From positions 1 to 29,599 of IMG/VR virus record IMGVR_UViG_3300012953_000147: a stretch of DNA of 29,599 nucleotides; one strand, given 5' to 3'. Position 1 is the first letter of the stretch; every line of letters starts with the position of its first letter. The position numbers were made by a program, and so were the translations under genes. This stretch comes from a virus. Taxonomy: Duplodnaviria > Caudoviricetes. Below the pieces are notes generated by a model. That model was given only the letters and a program-made list of their open reading frames with translations. It ran no database searches and was not told where the DNA came from. Positions 8,773 through 17,168 of this stretch are shown piece after piece.

Positions 8773-10125
8773 ATGGCAAAGAAGAAACCTAGAGGAACTA
8801 ATACAGAATCTGAGATAATGTTAGCCATTAATCAGGTTCTTGACAGTTATGATACTGAGATTATAAGTTCATCCAGTCAGATGACACGAATCAAAGTTGT
8901 AGGTAAGGATAGGGCAGCAATAAGAGATGAAGTTCATAAAGAACTTAAGAAGATCAATTGTGATTTTGTATTCTCTGATCAGTTCTATGAAGTAGGTAAG
9001 TGGATATCTAGTTTTCCTGGTACTATATTAATATCAACAGAAGGTACTAAGACTGAATTAGTTTATAAAGCAAAGGGTGGAGATAAACAATCAGGTGGTG
9101 GAGCAGCAATAACAAAGTTAACTGAGTCTGCTCAATGTGTGTATGCTGCTGTTAGACAGAAGAAAGGATCTGATATTGTACCATCAGATGTTACCGCAGC
9201 AAGTGTTAAAGCAGCATCAAACTTCTTTGACATTGATGAGAAAGTAGATAACGTTTTAAAAAATTTAACAGAGGACTGGATTATATCTTGTACTAGGGGT
9301 GCCAATATGATGGTACCCTTTTTTGGTAAAGGTTATTCATATCATAGAGGATCTAAGACTGTCAATCAAATTGAAAAAGCATTCAAAGATATCAAAGCAA
9401 AAGAAAAGATCAGGATGGACATTAACAAATGGTCACCTGCTGACATCTATGCATTTAAAAACTTTGATCCTAAATGTTTGAATGAGGAGATGAGTTTTAA
9501 AGGATTGAATCAGTGTATGCAAGAAAGGATACAGAAAGGTATTGCTCTAGGTGTATCTCTGAAGAAGATTGAAGGTGCTGCTAAACCATTAAAGGAAGTT
9601 AACTTTGATAAGAAACAAAAGAACACTCAAGAGTTTGATAAGTTTGAGTTCAGTAAGGACTCTATGGATGGATACATTCATTTTAAATCAGGTTCAAAGA
9701 TACAGTTTAGATCCTTTGGTGGTAAGAAACTAACTGGTTGGCAAGGTGAAGTTAAAGGTGCCTCTGCTAATCAGGGTAAGATATCATTAGGACCTATGAA
9801 TATTCTATTGAAACAGCATGGTCTAGGTAATAAACAGATACCAACTACAGCAGCAAACAAAGTTAGAAACAATAAATCGCAGGTTATAGATGAGATTATA
9901 AAAGGATTTGGGAAGTACAGTACTCACAATACTAAGGTGATTACTCAGATAGTAATGAAGGCAGAGGATCCATGGTTATATTCTAAGTGGCAGGTTGTTA
10001 AACTTTTTGATACAGTTTCAGGTATCACTCCAAAGAAAGCAAAGGATAAATTCTGTGAGGATCTATTACTATATGCTGCTAGTCAGTCCAGTCTGTCAGC
10101 ACCATATTATAAACTGACAGATTAA
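8773..10125 (+). CDS. hypothetical protein, putative PD-(D/E)xK restriction-endonuclease-like fold
   Basis: 450-aa basic ORF with an upstream helix Glu (TESAQC), NKWSPADI and GVSLKK motifs resembling the E...PD...(S)xK catalytic arrangement. Function is inferred. Confidence 0.55.
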   Translation: MAKKKPRGTNTESEIMLAINQVLDSYDTEIISSSSQMTRIKVVGKDRAAIRDEVHKELKKINCDFVFSDQFYEVGKWISSFPGTILISTEGTKTELVYKAKGGDKQSGGGAAITKLTESAQCVYAAVRQKKGSDIVPSDVTAASVKAASNFFDIDEKVDNVLKNLTEDWIISCTRGANMMVPFFGKGYSYHRGSKTVNQIEKAFKDIKAKEKIRMDINKWSPADIYAFKNFDPKCLNEEMSFKGLNQCMQERIQKGIALGVSLKKIEGAAKPLKEVNFDKKQKNTQEFDKFEFSKDSMDGYIHFKSGSKIQFRSFGGKKLTGWQGEVKGASANQGKISLGPMNILLKQHGLGNKQIPTTAANKVRNNKSQVIDEIIKGFGKYSTHNTKVITQIVMKAEDPWLYSKWQVVKLFDTVSGITPKKAKDKFCEDLLLYAASQSSLSAPYYKLTD

Positions 10126-10171
10126 AAACTGTCACATCACTGATGACAACTAGGGTTTAGTGTGCTATAAT
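10115..10171 (+). promoter_or_regulatory. early promoter with upstream inverted repeat
   Basis: TGACAG-N8-CTGTCA (10115-10134) just upstream of ATGACA-17 nt-TATAAT (10143-10171, extended TG). Confidence 0.65.
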
Positions 10172-10192
10172 AAGGGTATCTGACAGACAAGC

Positions 10193-11104
10193 ATGCCCAA
10201 CAAGCACCTAGAACATCCAGAAGATCTAATACTATTAGGAACAGATCCTAATGAAGTGTTGGATCATCTTTTTATGGTGCATAAACTTACTACCAAATGG
10301 GATGGTGCACCTTCAATAGTATTTGGTAAGCATCATACTAGTGGTAGATTCTTTGTTGGTACGAAGAGTGTCTTCAACAAGAGAATGATAAAGATTAATT
10401 ATAGTGTCGCAGATATCGTTAGTAATCATGAAGGTGCAGTAGCACAGATTCTTACCGCCTGTTTCTATGCTTTACCTCGTATAGAAGGTATCGTACAAGC
10501 AGATTTTATCGGGTTTGGAGGTTCTGATCGCTACTGCCCCAACACGATTACTTATAAGTTTCCCTCAATTTTGAAACAAGACGTAATCATTGCACCACAT
10601 ACAGCATATAATGAGGTTAGTCCTACTGCTGTACCTATCTTTGGTGTTAAGTTACCATCAACTGATACATGTTATTGTATAGATACTGAGACATGTACAT
10701 TAGATGTGCCTTTTAAAGCAAAAAGTTTAATTCAAGCAGCAAGATTGTTGGTTCCATTCTGTAAGTTTCCTACTTCAGATTTGAGATCATATTATAATAA
10801 ATTTGTTCGTGAAGGTAAAACTCCTACAGCGTCTGAAATCTACTTTAGTTTGCCTGATAAATATAAGTGTGAGGTAAATATAAATACCTTTAGATTATAC
10901 AATCTAATACTGAATATTAAAGATAATTTACTCGCTGCCATTAAGGTAGATGAGACTGTTGAATACTTACTAAGTGATCAACCTACTACACCAGAAGGTT
11001 TTGTTTTAATAGGACCTAAGTATTCAGTGAAACTTGTTAACCGTTTGGAATTTAGTCAAGCAAACTTTAACTTACGTAAAAATTGGAAGCATGAAAAAGT
11101 TTAG
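10193..11104 (+). CDS. ATP-dependent ligase/capping-enzyme-like nucleotidyltransferase fold protein
   Basis: KWDG (motif I KxDG), IVQADF (motif III-like), EGFV (motif IV), VKLV (motif V); N-terminal HLEHPED. Confidence 0.6.
   Translation: MPNKHLEHPEDLILLGTDPNEVLDHLFMVHKLTTKWDGAPSIVFGKHHTSGRFFVGTKSVFNKRMIKINYSVADIVSNHEGAVAQILTACFYALPRIEGIVQADFIGFGGSDRYCPNTITYKFPSILKQDVIIAPHTAYNEVSPTAVPIFGVKLPSTDTCYCIDTETCTLDVPFKAKSLIQAARLLVPFCKFPTSDLRSYYNKFVREGKTPTASEIYFSLPDKYKCEVNINTFRLYNLILNIKDNLLAAIKVDETVEYLLSDQPTTPEGFVLIGPKYSVKLVNRLEFSQANFNLRKNWKHEKV
10857..10886 (+). promoter_or_regulatory. cluster of late-promoter cores inside the 10193 ORF
   Basis: ATAAATA 10857-10863, TAAATA 10875-10880, TATAAATA 10879-10886; about 205 nt upstream of the 11091 start. 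Confidence 0.4.
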
Positions 11105-12317
11105 CGACTTCCTTACCGAAGCAGCAAAATCAAGAGCCGCAGATCAGGCATCAAAACTAGGGTTAAATCACGTAGGGTACGGCTACTATGGTAGTGCCAA
11201 CGGACAGGTTACCCATCGTTCTGTTAATGGAGTATTAATAGAACTAACACCAGAACAGCAAGCAGCAAAGAATGGAACACCACCAGAACAACAGACTCAA
11301 CAAGGAACTGGAGAGGAAGAAGGTGGCAACGCGGGCACTAAAGGTGACATATCTATTACATTTGGAAGATTTAATCCACCAACTGTCGGACATGAAAAAC
11401 TCATTGAGCGACTCGCTTCATCTAGTAAGAGTGGGGAGTACAAGATATATCCCAGTAGGTCTCAAGATCCAGCAAAGAACCCAATAGATCCTGAGACGAA
11501 AGTACATTACATGCGTCAGATGTTTCCTGACCATGCCCATGCAATTATTAATAACGAAGAATTTAAAACAATATTTGATGTTCTTAAATCTCTATACAAT
11601 GAAGGGTATTCTTCTATCAATCTAGTACTAGGTGGTGATAGAGTTGCAGAGTTTGAGAACCTAGCACAGAAATATAATGGTAAACTCTACGAGTTTGAAG
11701 AGATCAAGGTACAATCAGCAGGTGATAGAGACCCTGATTCAGATAGTGTAGAGGGTATGTCAGCATCTAAAATGCGTAAGGCAGTAGCAGATGGTGATTA
11801 TAATATGTTTAAATCAGGAATACCTAAGACACTTAGTGATAAAGAGTGTAAAGAACTCTTTAAAGAAGTAAAGAACTCTATGCAATTGCAAGAGGAAGAT
11901 GATTTCTCAGAAGCATCTTATGCTTTATATGAGATAGCACCTAAGTTAGATCCCGATGGTCTTAGGGAAGCATATTATGACATGAAGGTCTTTAAAGAAG
12001 GTACCTTCATTGAAAATATCAACAGTGGTATTACTGGAAAGATTGTAAAACGTGGTGTAAACTATGTTATATACATTGATGAGCATGATAATGTTTACCG
12101 TGGTTGGTTAAAGGACTTACAAGAAGTACTTCCATCTGGAAAGAACTTTGTTTCCTTCAAAAAAACTGATCCTAAAAAAGGATACGCAGATCTTAAGGCA
12201 TACAATTTTAGTCCATTAGGATTAGAAGGAACACCTAAACTTGCTAAAGCAGTAAGAGATCTGACACCAGGTTTAACAAAAACTATAAATAAAAAGAGCA
12301 AGGTAAAAGCAAAATGA
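11091..12317 (+). CDS. cytidylyltransferase-like (HxGH) nucleotidyltransferase
   Basis: ITFGRFNPPTVGHEKL, VLGGDR, GMSASKMR motifs; start ATG 11091 (MKKFSDFLTEA). Confidence 0.85.
   Translation: MKKFSDFLTEAAKSRAADQASKLGLNHVGYGYYGSANGQVTHRSVNGVLIELTPEQQAAKNGTPPEQQTQQGTGEEEGGNAGTKGDISITFGRFNPPTVGHEKLIERLASSSKSGEYKIYPSRSQDPAKNPIDPETKVHYMRQMFPDHAHAIINNEEFKTIFDVLKSLYNEGYSSINLVLGGDRVAEFENLAQKYNGKLYEFEEIKVQSAGDRDPDSDSVEGMSASKMRKAVADGDYNMFKSGIPKTLSDKECKELFKEVKNSMQLQEEDDFSEASYALYEIAPKLDPDGLREAYYDMKVFKEGTFIENINSGITGKIVKRGVNYVIYIDEHDNVYRGWLKDLQEVLPSGKNFVSFKKTDPKKGYADLKAYNFSPLGLEGTPKLAKAVRDLTPGLTKTINKKSKVKAK
12284..12291 (+). promoter_or_regulatory. late promoter (TATAAATA)
   Basis: Perfect consensus 22 nt upstream of ATG 12314. 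Confidence 0.75.
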
Positions 12318-12481
12318 ACCTACAAGAACTCCCCGATATGACCGATGCCCTTGAGCGTATATATCAAGAGCAGAAAAAGAAAGGAAAGAAAGCCAAACGT
12401 TGGTGGGACGACGATGGTGATGGAAAAGGATATGAGAAGGGTGAAGTAGATGGTAAGTTCCCTAATAAGAAGGAGAAGTGA
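12314..12481 (+). CDS. small hypothetical protein (55 aa)
   Basis: MNLQELPDMTDALERIYQEQKKKGKKAKRWWDDDGDGKGYEKGEVDGKFPNKKEK*; directly after a late promoter. Not in the ORF track. Confidence 0.7.
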   Translation: MNLQELPDMTDALERIYQEQKKKGKKAKRWWDDDGDGKGYEKGEVDGKFPNKKEK

Positions 12482-12484
12482 TTC

Positions 12485-13978
12485 ATGTTAACCTTAAAAG
12501 AATACTCTAAGAAGAAATCTAAGGTTAAGATCAATCCAATGACCAAAGATCTTATGGAAAAACCTGAGTCTCTTCCTAAAGAAAAGAAGGAGATGAAGAG
12601 TAAGAAGCTTGATGATAATGAAGGACTTACTGTAGAAGCAAAGGTAGATAAAGGTCGTTCTGATTATGGTAAAGCATCTATCAGAAATTACAGAAGGAAA
12701 GGACCTGGCCATGATGATCCAGGAATGTTTGATCCAGAAGGTAAGAGAGGAAAGACAATAGATCAGAGACGGAAAGAGCACAAAGCACGTCGGGGTGTTA
12801 AGGGTGCAAAGGTTCCAGCATATAAGAGAGAAGATGCAGAGGTTCTTGATGAACTCAAGACTTCAACGCTATTGAGTTATACTCAATCAGCAACAAACCG
12901 TTTAGCATTTGATGGTAAAGGTGACAAGAAATCTATCAAAAGAGCTAAGGGAATTAAAAACGCAGCAGGTAAATTGGCAATGAGAGCAACTGATCCAGAT
13001 GGTAAGATGGGATTCAATAAGAACCCTAAGAATGAAGCTACACTAGCAACAGCACGTAAGAATATTAAGATGGATCCAGATAAACCTTCCTGTTGGAAAG
13101 GTTATAAGGCAACTGGTACCAAGATGAAAGGTGGTAAAGCAGTTCCAGATTGTAAGAAGGAAGAACTTGCAGACGAAGGAACTTCATACGGATTATATAA
13201 GGGATCAGGTAAGGCAGGTGGTGCTATGAAAGCATACTTAGATAATAAGGCAAAGAAGTTAGAAGCAAAGAAGAAGAAACAAAAACCAGAGTATGCTAAC
13301 AATCCTGCGTTTGGTGATCCTTCACATCATTCTAATGCTAAGAATAAAACTGAAGAACTGAAAGGTTTCAATGCATACCTAGAGTCTTCATGTGATACAA
13401 AAGAGAAAGCAAAAAATGATGCTGTATTAAAACGTAAAGAAGACCTCAAAGTTGCTAAATATAACACCAAGAAAGAGGAAATTGCTTATGCTGATGCAGA
13501 AAAAGTCCGTGAAGAAGTCCAAGAAAAAACTTACTCCACCAAGACTCTGGATGCAATTAAAGCAAAACTTACTGAAAGAGCCACTGCCCTCCACCTAGAA
13601 TACTCTAAGGTTAAGAAAAAAAAAATTAAACTTGAGGCCACTCGTTTAAAAAAAGAGTTAGGTTATGATGTAGGTGGTACTAAGAAACCATCAGGAAAAA
13701 AGGTAGTTGACGCTGCTCTTCAAGCAGCAAAGAAGTCAATAGCAGCCAAGTATGGTAAGGGTGCTATCATGAGAAGTGGTAGTAACCAAGCAAAGAAGGT
13801 CAAGGGTGCTAAGTCTACTGTAGGTACTAATAAGTATAAGGATGCAGCAGACAAGAAGAAAGCAACAGCAGCTAGTGCTAAGAAGCGTGGGTTTAAGTCT
13901 ACACAAAATTACGTAGACACAATGGCACGTTACGGTGGCAAGAAAAACTACGACAAAGGTAAAGGTCTTGGAACTTAA
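12485..13978 (+). CDS. Lys-rich modular protein, probably virion-internal
   Basis: 497-aa highly basic ORF made of basic blocks separated by short acidic ...xE linkers; late transcription unit. Confidence 0.75.
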   Translation: MLTLKEYSKKKSKVKINPMTKDLMEKPESLPKEKKEMKSKKLDDNEGLTVEAKVDKGRSDYGKASIRNYRRKGPGHDDPGMFDPEGKRGKTIDQRRKEHKARRGVKGAKVPAYKREDAEVLDELKTSTLLSYTQSATNRLAFDGKGDKKSIKRAKGIKNAAGKLAMRATDPDGKMGFNKNPKNEATLATARKNIKMDPDKPSCWKGYKATGTKMKGGKAVPDCKKEELADEGTSYGLYKGSGKAGGAMKAYLDNKAKKLEAKKKKQKPEYANNPAFGDPSHHSNAKNKTEELKGFNAYLESSCDTKEKAKNDAVLKRKEDLKVAKYNTKKEEIAYADAEKVREEVQEKTYSTKTLDAIKAKLTERATALHLEYSKVKKKKIKLEATRLKKELGYDVGGTKKPSGKKVVDAALQAAKKSIAAKYGKGAIMRSGSNQAKKVKGAKSTVGTNKYKDAADKKKATAASAKKRGFKSTQNYVDTMARYGGKKNYDKGKGLGT

Positions 13979-14660
13979 CGAGAAACCAAATCCATATGGT
14001 AAGCGAGCAAAACTCAAGATGCTTATCAAAGGGTTTGCTGAAAAGCAAAGAGCAAAGGCAGGTGTCACAAAAGAAGGTACTTCTTGTGGTGAAGGAGAGT
14101 ATTTCTGTCGTGATGAACAGAAGTGTAAACCTATACCCAAGGGTCACCATGTCATGAAGGATGGTACTCTTATGAAGGGTGAGACCCACAAGGAAGGTGC
14201 TGCTTGGACAAAGAAAGCAGGTCAAAATAAGGAGGGTGGACTCAATGAGAAGGGTAGGAAGTCTTATGAACGTGAGAATCCTGGCTCAGATCTAAAAGCA
14301 CCAAGTAAAAAGAAAGGTAATAAGAGGAGAGCATCCTTTTGTGCTAGGATGAAAGGTATGAGAAAGAGACAGAAACCATCTAACAATACAGGTGATGATA
14401 GATTATCTAAGTCACTAAGAGCATGGAACTGTGAGTATGAACCAGTTGGTACACCCATAGTAGAGACTACTAAGTTAAAGGATGAACTCATTGCTGGTGC
14501 TCAGAAAAGACATGCTGCTGCTAAGAAGAAAAAGTTTGGAGCATTCATGGGTGATGCTAAGAAAGCAAAGGAAAGGATAACTAAATCTGAGAAAGGTGTC
14601 AGATTTTACGATAAGAAGGGATCAGGATTCATGAGGGGTGGAAAGAAGAAGTACGATTGA
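13968..14660 (+). CDS. Lys-rich modular protein with GGLNEKGR...RRASFCARM...SLRAWNC module
   Basis: Frame open from 13935; TTG 13968 after AAAGGT is a plausible start. Contains Cys-rich and basic modules. Confidence 0.7.
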   Translation: MELNEKPNPYGKRAKLKMLIKGFAEKQRAKAGVTKEGTSCGEGEYFCRDEQKCKPIPKGHHVMKDGTLMKGETHKEGAAWTKKAGQNKEGGLNEKGRKSYERENPGSDLKAPSKKKGNKRRASFCARMKGMRKRQKPSNNTGDDRLSKSLRAWNCEYEPVGTPIVETTKLKDELIAGAQKRHAAAKKKKFGAFMGDAKKAKERITKSEKGVRFYDKKGSGFMRGGKKKYD

Positions 14661-14690
14661 GGCTATATAATGTAGCATGCAAAATTAATT

Positions 14691-14879
14691 ATGACTAAAT
14701 TTTTACTTCCTATCGCTATCAACATCATAGACAAAGCGGTAGACAAAATCCCAGAAGATCTAGAAGGTAAGATCAAGGAGTTCATTATCGGACTACTTAA
14801 AAAGGCTGCTGCCAAGTCAGGGAACAAGGTAGATGATCAGTTAGTAGCTGCTTTAGAGAAAGCACTTCTAGAGTCCTGA
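14691..14879 (+). CDS. small amphipathic helical hypothetical protein
   Basis: 62-aa ORF MTKFLLPIAINIIDKAVDKIP...NKVDDQLV. Confidence 0.75.
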   Translation: MTKFLLPIAINIIDKAVDKIPEDLEGKIKEFIIGLLKKAAAKSGNKVDDQLVAALEKALLES

Positions 14880-14883
14880 TCGT

Positions 14884-14891
14884 TATAAATA
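14884..14891 (+). promoter_or_regulatory. late promoter (TATAAATA)
   Basis: Perfect consensus upstream of 14926. Confidence 0.8.
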
Positions 14892-14925
14892 ATATCAATA
14901 GACAAATATTTTAGGGGATATCAAA

Positions 14926-15498
14926 ATGGCTCTATGGGGAGTTACTGACGCAGCAGAGGACAAGCCTAAGTGGGCTGTAGAAGGCGGTGCTGTTGATCCA
15001 AGTAATGTATTTGCCACCGCACAAGGTTGGGTATTACGTCATTATAAAGCAGCTGATAAGTCATCATACTGGGACGAAGTTCTAGTAGCAACTGATGGTC
15101 TTGTTGGTGCTGGTGGTCGTGGTACAGATACCCTAGGTGAAGCAGATATCACAGCAGTATTCTTTGAGGAGAGTACATACGCAGCCGCTGCAACTGGTAC
15201 AGTTATCGTTATCTACAACGAACTCGTTGATGTAACTAACGGTGCTACTCTTGTAGTTACTAACACTACAGACAGTGCAAGTATAACTGCTACTGCTGCT
15301 GCACAGACAGGTACAAACCGTGTTGAATTTACATTCACATGTGCTGCTGCCGACAAGGTACACACTATTGGTGCTCAAACAATTTCTGGAACAATTAAGG
15401 ACGCAGGTACAAACACTGCATCTGATAAGGTGTTCGTTTTAGGAGATACAATAGGAGCAGGTGGTTCTGGTAGTACCAAAACAATCACTACGACTTAA
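14926..15498 (+). CDS. putative virion structural protein with Ig-like C-terminal region
   Basis: MALWG N-terminus, Ala/Thr/Gly-rich beta composition, late promoter. Confidence 0.7.
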   Translation: MALWGVTDAAEDKPKWAVEGGAVDPSNVFATAQGWVLRHYKAADKSSYWDEVLVATDGLVGAGGRGTDTLGEADITAVFFEESTYAAAATGTVIVIYNELVDVTNGATLVVTNTTDSASITATAAAQTGTNRVEFTFTCAAADKVHTIGAQTISGTIKDAGTNTASDKVFVLGDTIGAGGSGSTKTITTT

Positions 15499-15505
15499 TC
15501 ATTAG

Positions 15506-15868
15506 ATGAAATTTGGTGAACTGAATACCGAAAACTATATAATGTTCGCCATCAAAAATTATGAGAATCCTCACAGTGTTACTCGTGAGGATTTTGATGA
15601 AGACATGAAACGATTCAAATACCTCAAGAGATTACTCAAGAGGTATTTGCGTGGGGGACCTCTGAGAACCCACTTAATCATTAATCATTTGATTGTTCTT
15701 TATAATGTTTTTGATGACGCTGCAACACCATTACTTCTTTACAAATTTGAAAAAGAGTATTGGCCACTGTTGCGAGCATTTTTAGAATACCTAAACAGAT
15801 TTCCTGAACATTACATGGACTGTTTAGAATCTGACCCAGACGTTGTTAAAGATCTGAACAAGTTATGA
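15506..15868 (+). CDS. conserved T4-like hypothetical protein
   Basis: FAIKNYENP...DFDEDMKRFKYLKRLL...LIINHLIVLYNVF pattern. Confidence 0.8.
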   Translation: MKFGELNTENYIMFAIKNYENPHSVTREDFDEDMKRFKYLKRLLKRYLRGGPLRTHLIINHLIVLYNVFDDAATPLLLYKFEKEYWPLLRAFLEYLNRFPEHYMDCLESDPDVVKDLNKL

Positions 15869-16731
15869 TCAACGAAGAACCTACAATGAGTGTTGGAGCA
15901 GGTGGATTTACAGGATCCGCAGCTGCAACAGGTCCTAATGCAGGTTTTGATCCTATATTAGACTTCCGTAAGAAAGCTAATGCTAAGATAAAAGATCATC
16001 CATTTGTCAGTGAGTATAGAAAGGCACGTCCTAAGAAGGTCAAGAAGGAAGCTGTTACCCCTAATGACGGTAAGGTAAAGAACAAAGTTAACCCTGCTAT
16101 GCCTAGTAGGTTACTACAATATAAGGTCAAGGTACCTGGTGTAGGAGAAACTATTGTTTATGCTAACAATCCTTCTGAACTTAGACAGAAGATGCGTCTA
16201 CTCATTAACCCTCGTTACAGAGGTGATGTAGAAATTGATAGAGTGTTTCCTGGTCAAGCAGCAAAATTTTATATGGACAAGCGAATGAAAGCTTTAAAGA
16301 ACATCCCCGAAGAGTTTGTCCTTGAGGATCAAGACAAGCAAATGAAACAGCAACTTGCTCAACAGAAGGTGCAGAATCTTAAGAAGAATGCACAACTTAA
16401 GAAGCAAGAGATTCAGAAAACATTACAAAAGAAGACTGCTAACCTTAAGAGGAAAGCAAGAGTAGGTACAGATGTATCAACTCAGAACGAAGAGTTTACT
16501 AAGAGTGGTAACCTAGCAAAGATCAAGAGTTGTGCTGATGGTGGATGTGCAGGTGCTATCAAGTTCCATACAGGAGAAGAGTTTGAAGTGACTCCTGATG
16601 TAGCTAAGAAAGTTATGACTGCATTCTCTTCCCTTGGTGCTCGTAAGAATCAAGCAAAGTTTAGCAATGCATGTAATGAGAATCCAGATATGTTCAATCG
16701 TGTCCTAGCATTTAGTAATCCACAAGAGTAA
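15865..16731 (+). CDS. hypothetical protein, basic with coiled-coil region
   Basis: 288-aa ORF coupled to both neighbours (ATGA, TAATG). Confidence 0.75.
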   Translation: MINEEPTMSVGAGGFTGSAAATGPNAGFDPILDFRKKANAKIKDHPFVSEYRKARPKKVKKEAVTPNDGKVKNKVNPAMPSRLLQYKVKVPGVGETIVYANNPSELRQKMRLLINPRYRGDVEIDRVFPGQAAKFYMDKRMKALKNIPEEFVLEDQDKQMKQQLAQQKVQNLKKNAQLKKQEIQKTLQKKTANLKRKARVGTDVSTQNEEFTKSGNLAKIKSCADGGCAGAIKFHTGEEFEVTPDVAKKVMTAFSSLGARKNQAKFSNACNENPDMFNRVLAFSNPQE

Positions 16732-17168
16732 TGGCTGAGAGTATTAACACTGCTATAATAGAAAGACTTGAGAAAGTCGTTAATACTCTTCAAGACAACT
16801 CAGTCAAGATGGGACAGTTGCTTGCTGTTCATAATGAGAAACTAGATAAGCAAGATCGTATAGACGCTGTTCTATTTGAGAAAGTAGATAGTCTTCATAG
16901 AGAAGTAAACCGTAAGGCAGAGGAGATAAAGAAGGGTTGTGAAAGAGATATACGCAAAATTGATGATCGTCTACGTCTCATGGAGAAGAAGATGTGGACT
17001 ATTTTTGGTGGTCTTACTGTTATATCTGTCTGCGTGTCTCCACTCGGACAAAAAGTAATTAAGCAGTTGACAGGAAATGATAAGAGTGTTATGATAAGGT
17101 CTGAGTTAGTCGCGTATGAATTACATAGAAAGCAAATACGTGAACCTTCTCAGTGGAAGACTGGATAA
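16731..17168 (+). CDS. coiled-coil protein with one C-terminal hydrophobic segment
   Basis: Heptad-like N-terminus then MWTIFGGLTVISVCVSPLG. Confidence 0.75.
   Translation: MAESINTAIIERLEKVVNTLQDNSVKMGQLLAVHNEKLDKQDRIDAVLFEKVDSLHREVNRKAEEIKKGCERDIRKIDDRLRLMEKKMWTIFGGLTVISVCVSPLGQKVIKQLTGNDKSVMIRSELVAYELHRKQIREPSQWKTG
17067..17095 (+). promoter_or_regulatory. sigma70-like promoter for primase/nrd operon
   Basis: TTGACA-17 nt-TATGAT with extended TG, 20 nt before ATG 17116. Confidence 0.7.

Noticed and set aside
13935-13978. Programmed frameshift fusing the two Lys-rich ORFs
   Set aside because: It would need +1, no clear slippery or stimulatory signal is present, and a TTG start with a weak SD at 13968 explains the overlap.
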